Assembly: GCF_046119375.1 (NCBI RefSeq)
Contig: NW_027362761.1
Span: 314,092,001-314,156,000, forward strand
Reading direction: 5' to 3'
Length of the DNA stretch: 64,000 nt
DNA from: Phyllobates terribilis
Taxonomy: Eukaryota
A program made the position numbers and the translations under genes. Positions 12,757 through 26,399 of this stretch are shown here, piece after piece. The notes beneath the pieces were generated by a model that had not been told where the DNA came from, ran no database searches, and was given only the letters and a program-made list of their open reading frames with translations. How positions within the stretch are numbered: the stretch's first letter is position 1; every line of letters begins with the position of its first letter.

Positions 12757-13911
12757 TATATATACATACATATACACTGCTCAAAAAATAAAGGGAACAC
12801 TCAAATAACACATCCTAGATCTGAATGAATGAAATATTCTCATTGAATACTTTGTTCTTGTGAGCTCTCCTCTATGCCTTCCGAACTCCAAATGAATAAG
12901 ATTTGCTTTACGAGCGCTCGGGAAATCAATACAGCACAGCCAGGAATGGTGTACTAGAAAAGACTTCTCTTTATTAACACATGTGGCATTTTAAATAGGG
13001 TCAGAGAGAAAGGAATAGTTCTCTCTGAGCTATGAACCAATAGTAACCTTAGGGGAGTGAATAGAAATGTGAAACCTCACTGCTAGTGTTGAGCGATACC
13101 TTCCGATATCGGGAAATATCGGATCGGATTGGATCGGACCGATACCCAAAAAGTATCGGATATCGCAGATTCCGATACCGGAACCCAATGCAAGTCAATG
13201 GGACAGAAATATCGGAATAAAAATAATCCCTTTCTTTCCTTGTAGGTTAATTCTACATGAAGGAAAACAACTAAGAATAATGTAGAATGTATTGGGGGAG
13301 GTGGGGGAGACAATAAAGGCATAGAGGTTTAGCCCAATCAAATGGAATAGCAGTAATTAATATTTTTTTTAAGACGTTCTGAGTTACGGAAATATTGACT
13401 ATGTTACTTTTTTTATATTTTGTCAGATATTTATGTTTCACTACTTCCATGCTCTTCACCTTCTTTTTTTACTTCTCCCACACTTTCTCCATCATCATCC
13501 TCAGCATCAGCATCTTTTTCATCAACTTCTTCTTCACCTTCTTCATCTTCTTTTTCTTCACCTTCTTCGTATTATTCTTTTTTTTTACAGTCTTCATATT
13601 CTTCTTATTCAACTATTATTCTTCTTCATATTCTACTTCTTCATCTTCTTCATATTCTTCTTCTTCATCATATTATTATTTGTGACAGGCATTCCTGTAG
13701 TTGTTATCTATAAAAGTTTGAAGATTACACCTTTCGTTCTGCCTGTCACAAAAGATTTACAACAGGATTTGTCCGCATTCAGTTTGGCCTGCAGCAGCAG
13801 GTCTTTTCCAGGGGCACCACGAGGAGGAACGGACTCACCCCCATACACTGCTTAGTCTTCTTCTGCTTATAATTTAGATAATATCTTTTGCTCTGATTTT
13901 TAGTCTTATTC

Positions 13912-14784
13912 TTAATGTTCTTCTGCTTTTTGTTCTGCAGCTTCTTGTTCTTCTGCTTCTTGGTTTTCTGTCTCTTGTTCTTCTGTATCTTGGTGGTTGT
14001 CTTCTTGTTCTTTCTCCTCTTGGTCATCGTCTTCAGGGTCATCTTCTTGGTCTTCTTCAGGGTGGTCTTCAGGGTCGTCGTCTTCAGGGTTGTCGTCTTC
14101 GGGGTCCTCGTCTTCTTCGGGGTGGTCTTCGGGGTCCTCATCTTCAGGGTCGTCGTCTTCGGGGTCCTCGTCTTCGGGGTGGTCTTCAGGGTCGTCGTCT
14201 TCGCGGTCCTCATCTTCGGGGTGGTCTTCAGGGTCCTCGTCTTCGGTGTCCTCATATTCTACGGGGTGGTCTTCAGGGTCCTCGTCTTCAGGGTCCTCAT
14301 CTTCGGTGTCCTCGTCTTCTTCGGGGTGGTCTTCAGGGTCCTCGTCTTCAGGGTCCTCGTCTTCGGTGTCCTCTTCTTCTTTGGGGTGGTCTTCAGGGTC
14401 GTCATTTTCAGGGTCGTTGTCTTCAGGGTCCTCGTCTTCTTCGGGGTGGGCTTCAGGGTCGTTGTGTTCGGGGTCCTCGTCTTCTTCGGGGTGGTCTTCA
14501 GGGTCGTCGTCTTCAGGGTCTTTGTCTTCGGGGTCCTCGTTTTCTTCGGGGTGGTCTCCTGGGTCCTCGTCTTCAGGGTCCTCGTCTTCGGGGTCCTCGT
14601 CTTCTTCGGGGTGGTTTTCAGGGTCCTCGTCTTCAGGGTCCTCGTCAGGGAGATCCAGAGTGATTACCAAGAACCATTTCAAAAAGCTTGAACTTGGAAA
14701 TGTAGCAGAAGGTACAAGAAGGCTGAGGAACTGTCGAGAACCAGCTGATGGTACTGAAACCCGGATGGGTAGCAGAAGGTACAA
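13912..14784 (-). repeat. GAR/GAC codon-like tandem array inside the hAT, readable as a 290-aa D/E/P-rich ORF
   Basis: Repeated EDEDPEDHP / EDDDPED units, each a multiple of 3 nt. Confidence 0.7.
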
Positions 14785-15970
14785 GAGCCAATGGAACTAC
14801 CGAGGACCAGCTGACGGTACTGGAACCCGGTTACTAAGCAGGAGGTACCTGTGCCACAAAGCACTACCAAGGACCAGCAGACCTTGGTGGAACTTGGATA
14901 CCGAGAAGGAGGCACCTAAGCCAAAGGCACTGCCGAGAACCAGCTGACGGTACTGGAACCCGGATGGGTAGCAGAAGGTACAAGAGCAAAAGGAACTACT
15001 GAGGACCAGCTGACGGTACTGGAACCCGGATGGGTAGCAGAAGGTACAAGAGCCAATGGAACTACCGAGGACCAACTGACGGTACTGGAACTCGGTTACT
15101 AAGCAGGAGGTAACTGTGCCACAAAGCACTACCAAGGACCAGCAGACCTTGGTGGAACTTGGATACCGAGAAGGAGGCACCTAAGCCAAGGGCACTGCCG
15201 AGAACCAGCTGACGGTACTGGAACCCGGATGGGTAGCAGAAGGTACAAGAGCCAATGGAACTACCGAGGACCAGCTGACGGTACTGGAACCCGGTTACTA
15301 AGCAGGAGGTACCTGTGCCACAAAGCACTACCAAGGACCAGCAGACCTTGGTGGAACTTGGATACCGAGAAGGAGGCACCTAAGCCAAAGGCACTGCCGA
15401 GAACCAGCTGACGGTACTGGAACCCGGACGGGTAGCAGAAGGTACAAGAGCAAATGGAACTACCGAGGACCAGCTGACGGTACTGGAACCCGGATGGGTA
15501 GCAGAAGGTACAAGAGCCAATGGAACTACCGAGGACCAGCTGATGGTACTGGAACTCGGTTACTAAGCAGGAGGTACCTGTGCCACAAAGCACTACCAAG
15601 TACCAGCAGACGTTGGTGGAACTTGGATACAGAGAAGGAGGCACCTAAGCCAAAGGCACTGCCGAGAACCAGCTGACGGTACTGGAACCCGGATGGGTAG
15701 CAGAAGGTACAAGAGCAAATGGAACTACCGAGGACCAGCTGACGATACTGGAACCCGGATGGGTAGCAGAAGGTACAAGAGCCAATGGAACTACTGAGGA
15801 CCAGCTGACGGTACTGGAACCCGGTTACTAAGCAGGAGGTACCTGTGCCACAAAGCACTACCAAGGACCAGCAGACATTGGTGGAACTTGGATACCGAGA
15901 AGGAGGCACCTAAGCCAAAGGCACTGCCGAGAACCCGCTGACGGTACTGGAACCCGGATGGGTAGCAGAA
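14700..15970. repeat. Composite tandem array (period ~265 bp, built from ~62-bp and ~140-bp subunits) inside the hAT
   Basis: CAGCTGACGGTACTGGAACCCGG subunit recurs; ORFs repeat at 15261 and 15526. Confidence 0.9.
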
Positions 15971-16179
15971 GGAACCCATGAAAAAAAAAGTTGCAAGGCC
16001 GCGAGCCAGCCACAGTTACCGAAACCCACAGTCCTACAGGGGGTGCTTGTCTTATTGGCACTATGGAACCAGCCTTCATTGCCAGATCCCGCAGCTCACA
16101 TAGGAGTCACCTAAACTGCAGGCACCATAACAGGCAACATGACAGGACAACGTATTGGAGGCAAAGTGACGTTGACACT

Positions 16180-17705
16180 ACCCGGAAACAGCTGGCGTGC
16201 TGGAACCAGGCTGGGAGGAGGGAGTACCCGTGCCAAAGACACTGCTGGGAAACAGCTGGTGGTGCTGGAACCCAGGGTAAATACTAAAAACAGAGTGGAG
16301 CCAGAGGCTTAATTGGAGCAAGTTTAAAATCTGTAGTAGTGTGAATGTGGACAGAGCAGGAGAAATTGCCGTACACACAGCAGGGGAACAGCTGACGTTA
16401 CTGAACCCCAATAACACGGCAGCAAGTGTTGACTGTGCAGACGGCACTTCTGAGCGCCAACTGGCGGTGTTGGAGCTCAGGGATAATACTGAAAACAGAG
16501 TGGAGCCAGAGGCCTAATTGGAGCAAGTTTAAAATCTGTAGTAGTGTGAATGTGGACAGAGCAGGAGAAATTGCCGTACACACAGCTGGGGAACAGCTGA
16601 CGTTACTGAACCCCAATAACACGGCAGCAAGTGTTGACTATGCAGACGGCACTTCTGAGCGCCAACTGGCGGTGTTGGAGCTCAGGGTAAATACTAAAAA
16701 CAGAGTGGAGCCAGAGGCCTAATTGGAGCAAGTTTAAAATCTGTAGTAGTGTGAATGTGGACAGAGCAGGAGAAATTGCCGTACACACAGCAGGGGAACA
16801 GCTGACGTTACTCAACCCCAATAACATGGCAGCAAGTGTTGACTGTGCAGACGGCACTTCTGAGCGCCAACTGGCGGTGTTGGAGCTCAGGGATAATACT
16901 GAAAACAGAGTGGAGCCAGAGGCCTAATTGAAGCAACTTTAAAATCTGTAGTAGTGTGAATGTGGACAGAGCAGGAGAAATTGCCGTACACTTAGCTGGG
17001 GATCTGCTGACGTTACTGAACCACAATAACGCTGGAGCAAGCGTTGACTGTGCAGAGGGCACTTCTGAGCAGCAACTAGCGGTGTTGGAGCCCAGGGTAA
17101 ATACTAAAAGCAGAGGAGCCAGAGGTGTAATTGGAGCAAGTTTTAAATCTGTAGTACAGTGGATGTGTACAGAGCAGGAGAATTTGCCGGACACACAGCT
17201 GGGGATCGGCTGACGTTACTGAACCCCAATAACACTGGAGCAAGCGTTGACCGTGCAGACGGCACTTCTGAGCAGCAACTAGCGGTGTTGGAGCCCAGGG
17301 TAAATACTAAAAGCAGAGGAGCCAGAGGTGTAATTGGAGCAAGTTTTAAATCTGTAGTACAGTGGATGTGGACAGAGCAGGAGAATTTGCCAGACACACA
17401 GCTGGGGATCAGCTGACGTTACTGAACCCCAATAACACTGGAGCAAGCGTTGACTGTGCAGACGGCACTTCTGAGCAGCAACTAGTGGTGTTGGAGCCCA
17501 GGGTAAATACTAAAAGCAGAGGAGCCAGAGGTGTAATTGGAGCAAGTTTTAAATCTGTAGTACAGTGGATGTGGACAGAGCAGGAGAATTTGCCGGACAC
17601 ACAGCTGGGGATCAGCTGACGTTACTGAACCCCAATAACACGGCAGCAAGCATTGACTGTGCAGACGGCACTTCTGAGCAGCAACTGGCGGTGTTGGAGC
17701 TTAGG
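16180..17705. repeat. Tandem array of ~203-220-bp units (~7 copies) inside the hAT
   Basis: GGACAGAGCAGGAGAA...CTGACGTTACTGAACCCCAATAAC...GACGGCACTTCTGAGC repeated. Confidence 0.92.
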
Positions 17706-17789
17706 GATTACAGTTCAGGTGGTAGAAACATGAACACAACAGGAGACCTGGATACTGTTGTCAAACAGTTATTTATTCTGGAATAGGAC

Positions 17790-20700
17790 TGGCAAATTCA
17801 TGCGAGATCCAGGCCTTGTTCATTTTGAGAAAAGTAAGCCGGTCAACGTTATCGGAGGATAGTCGCATGCGACGGTCTGTTAGTACACCACCTGCGGCAC
17901 TAAAGACGCGTTCCGATAATACACTAGCAGCAGGTCAAGCTAGCACCTCCAATGGATACTGGCTAAGCTCTGGCCATGTATCCAGCTTAGAGACCCAAAA
18001 CTTGAAGGGGGAAGAGCCGTCTGGGAGTACACTGAGAGGGCAAGACATGTAGTCTGTCACCATCTGACGGAAACGTTGCCTCCTGCTGACTAGAGCCGTC
18101 TGTGATGGTGTAGACATTTGTGGCGGCGGGGACACAAAACTTTGCCACATTTGGGCCATACTGGTCTTGCCTTGTGCTGAGGCGCTGCTTCTGCTCCCTC
18201 TTTGTGCAAAGCTTCCTCCACTGCCTCGACGCACTGAGCTGCTTTGTAAAGCACTAGCAGCACTGCGCTCGGTTGGAATGGAGAACATGATGGAATGCAC
18301 CAGTGCGTCTTCGTACTCACGCATTTTACGCTTCCGGTTCAACGGTGTTATGAGGCTTTGTAAGTTGTCCCGGTAGCGAGGATCTAGGAGGGTGGACACC
18401 CAATAATCAGCCGTGTTGAGAATGTGGGCGATGCGGCGGTCGTTTCTCAGGCACTGCAGCATGAAATCAACCATGTGCTGCAGACTGCCAACTGGCCAAG
18501 AAACGCTGTCCCCTGCTTGAGGCGTGATCTCTGCCTGCTCTGCATCACCCCACCCTCGCTCTAGATACTGACTACTAGAGCATTGTGTACCTCCCTCCTC
18601 TGGACAGATGTCTTCCTCCTCCATTGACTCCTCCTCATGTTCCTCACAAAGTGTCCCTGCCTAGGCCTTTGTGAGGAACCACGTTGCGCAGACTGTACAG
18701 AAGCAGATGGCATTTGTGACTCCTCATCCTCCACCTCTTCCAAAACCTCCTCCCTTAGTGCTTGCAGTGTTTTTTCAAGCAGGCAGATAAGGGGGATAGT
18801 CATGCTGACTAGTGCATCATCTGCACTCGCCATCCGCGTGGAATAATCGAAGGCACGCAAAACGTGGCAAATGTCCTTCATAGAGGCCCACTCAGTGGTG
18901 GTGAAGTGTGAACGGCGCGCACTGCGACTTGTTTGCGCCTGCTGCAGCTGGTACTCCATTACTGCTGCCTGCTGCTCACACAACTTCTTCAACATATGTA
19001 ACGTTGAATTCCACCTGGTGGGTAGGTCACATATGATGATTGCTGGAACGCCGCAAGTGAGCGCACTGTATGCGGACATTGTGAAGCAGTGCATCAAGAT
19101 CTGGATAGTCCCTCAAAAAACTCTGCACAACCAAGTTGAGCACATGTGCCAGACATGGGATGTGAGTGAGGTTGCCTAGGCCCAGAGCTGCCACCAGATT
19201 TCGGCCATTGTCACACACTACCATGCCTGGCTGGAGATTCGCTGGCAGAAACCACACGTCGCTCTGCTGCTTGATGGCATTCCAGAGCTCCTGCGCTGTG
19301 TGGCTTCGATTCCCCAAAGAAATTAATTTTAATACGGCCTGTTGACGTTTGGCCACGGCTGTGCTCATATCGGTCATCATAACAGGTAACCGTTCACAGG
19401 TCGATGTGGAGGTAGACCGTGACGGCTCCTGCAGCACTGATTCAGAGGAACTGGAGTATGAGGAGGAGTCAATGTGTACAGACTGGATTCCTGCAATCCT
19501 TGGAGTTGGCAGAACACGTACAGCGCCACTCTCAAGATCTGTACCCGGCTCCACAACATTTACCCAATGGGCAGTGAGGGAAAGGTATCGTCCCTGTCCA
19601 TGCTTACTGGTCCACGCATCGGTGGTCAGGTGGACCTTGCTACTGACGGCGTTTTGTAGCGCATGTTTAATTTTTCCCTCCACATGCTGTTGCAGGACAG
19701 GGACGGCTTGCCGGCTGAAATAAAAGCGGCTGGGCACGTTGTATTGTGGGACTGCCAATGCCATAAAGTTACGGAAGGTGTCAGTCTCCACCAGCCTGAA
19801 TGATAGCATTTCAAGGGCCAGTAGATTAGCAATGCCAGCATTCAGAGCCTGTGCTCGGGGGTGGTTTGCCGAGTATGGGCGCCTTTTCTCCCATGCCTGT
19901 GCTAACGATGGCTGTAGACTGGCCTGGGAGTGTGAGGATGACAGGGAAAGTGGTGCTGTGGGTGGAATTACACTGTGACTCTGTACAACAGTGCCAGAGG
20001 TTCTTCCATGGCGATCCTGTGATGAAGCCGAACCAGCTGTGTGTGAGCTGGAGGAAGAGGCTACAACACGAGCTGAAGAGGTGGTAGGGGGCGCTGAAGG
20101 TTGGCCTAGGTCTTCAGTGTGTTTTTGTAACTACACCACCTGCTTGGTCCGCACATGTTTCCACATATTTGTGGTATTGAGGTTGCTGACACTTTTCCCT
20201 CTTTTCACCTTCTGATTGCACAGCTTGCATTTGACAAAGCAAATGTCATCTGCAACTGTGTCAAAAAAGGACCAGGCACCAAGTCTTTGGATTTTGGAAG
20301 AGGCATGCTCCTAATGGGTGCTGAAGTGGAGTCTACAGGCAACCAAGTCTGCCCCCTCCCTCTCCCTCCTTTTAGGGCCGTTTGGGGAATATCTTCCTCA
20401 GAGCTGCTCCCACCCCCTTCCTGTCCCTCACGCCATGATGGGTCAAGGACCTCATCACCTACACCACCCTCTTCAAACAACTTCTTCTCCTGGGTAGTCT
20501 CGACAGCACAGTACGCACCAGAAAGTGGCACCTGAGTCTCATCATCAGATGGGTACTGAGGTGTGATGCTGACCATAGGCACTGGCCCACCCGCCTCTTC
20601 AGATTCAGAGAGACAAAGCGGTTGCGCATCACTGCATACTACCTCTTCTTCAAATTCTCGAATTCTGCTTGGCTGGCCCCCTCTTTCCAAGCCAAGAGAT

Positions 20701-21095
20701 TCAGAGAACAGAAGTAGAGATGGCTCCTGTCCAGGGCTTTCTGACTGCCTGGGCAATTTGGCAGGTGGTGAAGAGACAGATGGGTGCTCTTCAGTGCTCA
20801 GGACCTGAGAGGATCTGGAACTAATTGAAGTCGATGCGTTAGCTGCCATCCATCCGACAACGGCTTCAATTTGGTCCTCCCGCAGCAGTGGGGTACGGCT
20901 AGCTCCTACAAAGCTGCGCATAAAAGACTGTTCCCTGGTAAAACTGGGGGATGCTGAGTCACTGGTGCCCGCAGCAGGCACAGAATCCCCACGTCCTCTC
21001 CCTGCAGGCACAAAATCCTCACGTCGTCTCCCTGCAGAAACTCTACGCCCACGCCCACAACCACGACCACATGCCTTACTCTCTGCCTTGTTCAT
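17790..21095 (-). pseudogene. hAT transposase (BED zinc finger, DDE core, hATC dimerisation domain), frameshifted
   Basis: VHLTTDAWTS, VVCDNGRNL, CLAHVLNLVVQ, CDLPTRWNST, LDPRYR, FWVSKLDTWPEL across ORFs 20205-21095, 19027-19809, 18561-19097, 17935-18624. Confidence 0.94.
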
Positions 21096-22188
21096 CTTGG
21101 TAGACTGATAAAGATAGGCAGAAAAGTACTAAGGGCTTAGTGTGCTTATTCCTGAACAGCTGCTAACAGGTATAAGAAACACTAATTTTATAAAGTGTGG
21201 ACTAGACTTTAATATGAGCTAATGTGGCCTACACAACTGTAAAGTGGAGTGTTTGGTGAACTTTATTTAGTTTTTTTTTGTCACAGAAAGACACTGGATG
21301 TGCCCAAAGATGTAATACCGGTAGTATCACAAACTTTTTGTAGCTATTACAATGCAGGAACGTAACCTACAATGCAATAGATGAGGCTACAAAAAATAGG
21401 CTAATACTAATCTGGCTGGGGCTGCAGGGCACAATGCTGCAGAAAGGCTCCTCTATCTACTCCTATATAGTGTGTTTGGAACCAATGTAGCTGAATACGG
21501 ATGGAACCACCACACTAATAGGAGATATCAGGAAAAATGATCAATTAGCAAAAAAGGACAATGTATGAGGCAGTGACGCACACTGAGGGCACTACAACCA
21601 GACTTGGCTGAAGCACACACTACTCTACACTCACACACAGAGACCTTGCAGACAGCGGTGAACAGCACAGAGAACTGTGCACTAGCGCTGCAAGGCACAG
21701 CGATTTATAAAGTAGCTTGGGTAAAGCAGAATAGACCAAATAGGTAGCTAAAACTGTCCCTCAGAACAACAGCATCCTATCCCTAACTGAATTTACAGCA
21801 GAGTACACACTTCTTAGGATCCTCATTGGCTGAATAAAATGAAACTGGCTCATTGCATTATGGGAACTTCCGATTCCGGTATACGATATTCTAAAAGTAT
21901 CGGAATTAAGTATCGGAATTCCGATACCGCGAATATCGGCCGATACCCAATATTTCAGTATCGGAATGCTCAACACTACTCACATCAGTGTTACTTGATC
22001 ACCATTACACAGAAGTTACAAGACAAGATGGATACCACATACTCAAAATCTATTCTTTTCTCTCACATTTCCCCCCTTTTGTGGCCAATTATAGCATCTC
22101 AATAGGTATATAGGAGTGTGCTAGTTGCGTCCTCGGGACTTTCCTACCTGCTTCGCCTCAGTTCCCTACCAAAACACCTATAAATGTA

Positions 22189-23683
22189 TCACAACAATGG
22201 ATCTGTTCTTGTCTGGGGTCCATAGTATACAATCAGGGGTTCTGTGACACGGTTTTCCTTACATATAAACCTGAGTAATTTAAGTGTAACATAAATCAGC
22301 GTTTTTATGGCTACATATATCAACAAGCAGAATAATAATAATTGCATACATGTATGTATAATCCCTGAGAGCACCCTATCTAGACCCTTGAACCAATTAG
22401 TGGGATTCAGGAAAGGAAATGTTTCTCCCACCAGGACTCCTTGTTTGCATCCTGTTGCTGTAAACATTTATCCCTTATCTCGGGTATCTTCTGTATATCA
22501 GTCCTAACCTGGAGATTTCCCATAACGTCGATGTAATGACAACATGCGGGACCGATGATCTGACACATCCCTCCATAGCGGTCAGGTAGTCCAGCACTAT
22601 GGTGTGCTGTCAGTGACTACAATTAGCTTCTTCTGTATTATATTAGATGCATTAAGGACATCAAGCACCTGGAAGATCTGGTCATCTAGAATCAGTCGCC
22701 TCTACCAGCTTATCCCATCTGCGTTATGGATGGGTAAATCAATACGCTGCTCACAATCATATTTGCCACCCCCATTTCTACAAGATGAGGTTTACCATTG
22801 GGTCTGGGATTGTTGTCTACAGCTCGTCTGTACAGTGTGTGCATAGGGAGGGATTGCTTTAACATTTACTCTGATGTGAGGCACTATAAAGGTTGATGGG
22901 GTCAGGAAGGCTGGTGTGCAGACCCCTGTAAAGTTATTAGGTAACCACTTGTAGGCCTGATGTCCACATACAACGTACAAACTCTCTGGTGCTCCCATAA
23001 CAGTGTTATTGAATAGACTAGCAATCCATTTAGACAACAAGGTGGAGCTTAATATGTCCATCATTTCTTCCTGATACTGAGTGTCATTTGACATAATACC
23101 TGATATCAGTCTTTCCAAGGTGACGTTTACACAGTGAAGCTCAGGAGTGAGCGTGGCATCGACCGCTATACACAGTGTGATGTCGGTACAGACCCGTTAC
23201 ACTCAGAATACTGTAGAGAAAGCGACGTCTCTGGATCTTATCTGGATGCAGCTGCAAGAGGTGAGGTTCAGCTAACAGGAGAGGTCAACAGGACTAGAAG
23301 CACAAGGCATTCCTGTCTGTCTTAGAGGCGGACCACTCCTGTTGAACAACAACCTTGGCTCTGTCACCCATGCAGCTACAGACAAACCTACAGCTCTCTT
23401 TCCTGATGTTATCTAGCTTAGTGGGAAAAGTGCGGTTACTTAAATAGAACATTTCTTTCAAAGTCACTGGAATGGCTAAATAAGGCATAGTATTAGAGCT
23501 CACAGGGCTGTGAGTGCAAAACCAACAGTCTTTTGGTAATGTACTTGTGTCCATGTCTTTTAAAAGTACTTGGTGATGTCTAATGAATTTATTATCCCAG
23601 TCACCATTCAGAACTTAATTTAATGTCTTTGCTAGAGGCAATGCCACCACTATCCCCATTAGAACTGGTAAAAAGGTCATCAT
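22189..23683 (-). pseudogene. ERV gamma-type env remnant
   Basis: Signal-like MMTFLPVLMGIVVAL at 23683 (ATGA overlap with pol stop), SU CWFC motif, CGHQAYKWLP, ISD-like QHTIVLDYLTA, CX6CC (CQIIGPACC), hydrophobic TM; several stops and frameshifts. Confidence 0.85.
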
Positions 23684-26100
23684 TCTGCTGGTGGAGTGAC
23701 TCGTTTACAGTGGCTGGCGTGTATCCAAGTGGATTTTCCCTCAAGCTTCACCGAATGTTGCTGTGGTCAGAAGAACTTGGAATGGCCCATCAAATCTTGG
23801 ATCAAGACTTTTTTTTTTTTTTTGAAGGGTCTTTTTAGGACCACCCAGTCTCCAGGCTTGAGATCATGTGTTCCAGACACTGATTCAGGGTCTGGAATGG
23901 AAGAATACACCTGTTTATCACACTGTTTAGGCGATTATGCAAGGCTTGCACATAGCTAGTCAGGCTGTCATTTTGCATCTGAAGTGACTGTGGGAAATAT
24001 AACCCTGTTCTTGGTACTGAACCAAAAAGTATGTCATATGGAGAGAGACCTGTTCTTCTACCTGGAGTGTACCTGATTGAGAAAAGAGCTGGAGGCAAGC
24101 ATTCGGTCCATGGTTTGCCGGTTTCCTCTTTTGCCTTCTGAATCTTTAACTTTAATGTCCCATTCAGTCTTTCTACCTTCCCACTACTCTGTGGATGGTA
24201 AGGTGTGTGTAAACCCCTGCTCAATTCCCAAAGACTTTAAGATATCTCATGATCTCTCTAGTGAAATGTGTACCTCTATCAGTTTCAATCACGTCAGGAA
24301 CCCCATATCTACATACCACCTCCTCCATGAGTTTTTGAGCAGTAACCTTTGCTGTCGCTTTCTGCACCGGATATGCCTCAGGCCAGCCTGAAAAGAGATC
24401 AACACACACAAGCACGAACTCATATACCCCTACTCGTGGTAGTTGTATATAGTCAATCTGCAATCTCTGGAACGGGTAGAGCGGACGAGGGGTGTGTTTC
24501 TGCGGGGTCTTCACAGCTTTCCCTACGTTGTGTCGGGCACATGTCATACAAGACTGCGTGTGCCTGGCCGCCTAGGTACTGGACCCTGGCACCACCCATA
24601 CCTTGTCTACCAAAGCACACATAGCTGTTTTTGACAAATGTGTTAGTCCATGGGTTACCTGGGCCATCACTGAGTAAAGAGCTGGCGGCAGGCAGAGCTT
24701 ACTGCCCTTTTTCCACAAGCCTTCTTCAGTCAGCTGGGCTCCCTGCGTCTCCCACTCCTTCATTTCCTGTTGAACCCCCTGTTTCTGCAGGGATTTAAGA
24801 ATATTAGGAGTGACAGGTGCCACTGAGGTCACGGTCTGTACCGCTGCTAGACTCTCAACTCTCGGCCTCTTTACTGCTTCCCTGGCAGCAGCATCCGCAC
24901 GAGCATTTCTTCTGGCTTCATTGGTGTCAGGTCAAATGTGAGCTTTTATCTTCACCACGCCAAGCTTAGTTGGTAACAGGAGAGCCTTCATCAGGCTCTC
25001 TGTAGTTTATAGGTTTTTCATGTGACTTTAGGTAAAATCTACACATACATTTGGCCGTCTTACCCTTTGCCACTCTACACGCCTCAGTGAGTGCCCTCAG
25101 CTCTGCCTCCTGTGCCGATAGGTGAGGAGGGAGTGGTTCAGCTTTTATTACCTCATGTTGTGTGACCACAGCATATCCAGCATAGAACCAACCAACATCT
25201 TGGCATTTGAATCCATCTACAAAAAAACTCAAAATTTGCATTAGCAATGGATTCATCTGAGACATGTTCAAACCCTGCCGTCTCTTGCTACATCAGAGCT
25301 ACACAATCATGGAGTGTCTGTATTTTGTCTATATCCTTCTCTGTCAGAGTATGTAAAAATAGTTCATTTTCCCCATCTTTCCCCCCTTTTTGAATCCAAT
25401 GGCAGAAGCGTAACTGGATTCAAAACTGCCCGTCGTTTGAGTTCTACATTTGGGGGAATGAGGAGGGCACATTAAAGTCGAAGTTGCTGGGTCATTGAAA
25501 TGTACCTAGGATGTACCTGACTGAGGACACCATGAATGTCATGTTAAGTGTAAAGTGTGACCTTGTAATCAAGAACTATTTCTGTGGCCTTTTCAATCAT
25601 GGCTTGAACTGCAGAAATGGCTTTAACACAAGAGGGTGCACCTCTGGCAACAAGATCCAGCCTAGCTGAGTAGTAGGCCACTGGTCTTTGTAGTTGTCTG
25701 TTTTGGGGTAATTCAACCTACTGTATTGTGACCTTTCTTTCCTCTGTGAAATGTCTGGTGTATTGTGACATGCCATGTCCTAAAAAGACTACCTTCTGGT
25801 GATAAACCTGTGGTTTCTTTTTAGAGGTCAGTCATGCACGTTCTGCTAGGGAACACAAAAGTGAGATAGACGACTCCTGACATGAGACTTGATCAGGACA
25901 AAGTAATAAATCGTTCACATACTCTAAACTAAAGCATCATAACCTCCAAATATGGAGGAGTCAACAAATTTTCAAAATGAGAAAACATTGCAAAAGTAGA
26001 CATTATCGGTGAATTCTGAGCACCTTGTGATAGCACCATCCATGTAAATTGTTTATGACCAAGGAAAAATAAATAAATAATACAAATAAATGCTGGCAGT
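23680..26100 (-). pseudogene. ERV pol remnant (partial RT, RNase H, integrase)
   Basis: FTWMVLSQGAQNSP, YVNDLLL, RPVAYYSARLD, FVDG..GYAVV..SAQEAELRAL, LQIDYIQLP, IETDRGTHF, YHPQSSGKVERLNGTLK, GPFQVLLTT. Confidence 0.92.
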
Positions 26101-26399
26101 CTGGATGCAGAGGCGCGGAAATAATGCATTGTCTAAGTAAATCACCATAAAATGCTTTGATGATTTTTCAAAGAAAAATGTTAATTGCATACTGACCCGG
26201 CTGCCCAGTATCTATTAAGGAAAAAAAAAAATTAAAAAATGTGCCTGGAGTTCATTTTAATCATTGAAATAGAACCTCTAAAATTTTAATTTCTGTCATT
26301 ATAGTTTTTATCTAGTGACTTTCAATAATTAGGATGAAGGGAAAAAGTCATTCCCAGCTATCTGCTATGTGAGTGGGGGCTGCTGCACTCCTGTCTCCC

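Larger units (their letters stand above)
13084..21978 (-). mobile_element. 8.9-kb hAT DNA transposon (Ac/ZBED-like) inserted in the ERV 3' LTR
   Basis: TIR TAGTGTTGAGC / GCTCAACACTA; clustered ATCGG/CCGAT subterminal motifs at both ends; TSD CTCACTGC left, partial CTCAC right. Confidence 0.93.

Noticed and set aside
13915-14947. Plus-strand hydrophobic (FRVVVF) and Ser-rich ORFs
   Set aside because: Antisense readings of the GAR/GAC array; A-poor strand cannot form stops.
16180-17705. Repeated 73-98-aa plus-strand ORFs as a gene cluster
   Set aside because: Unit lengths of 203-220 bp are not multiples of 3, so frames shift between copies.
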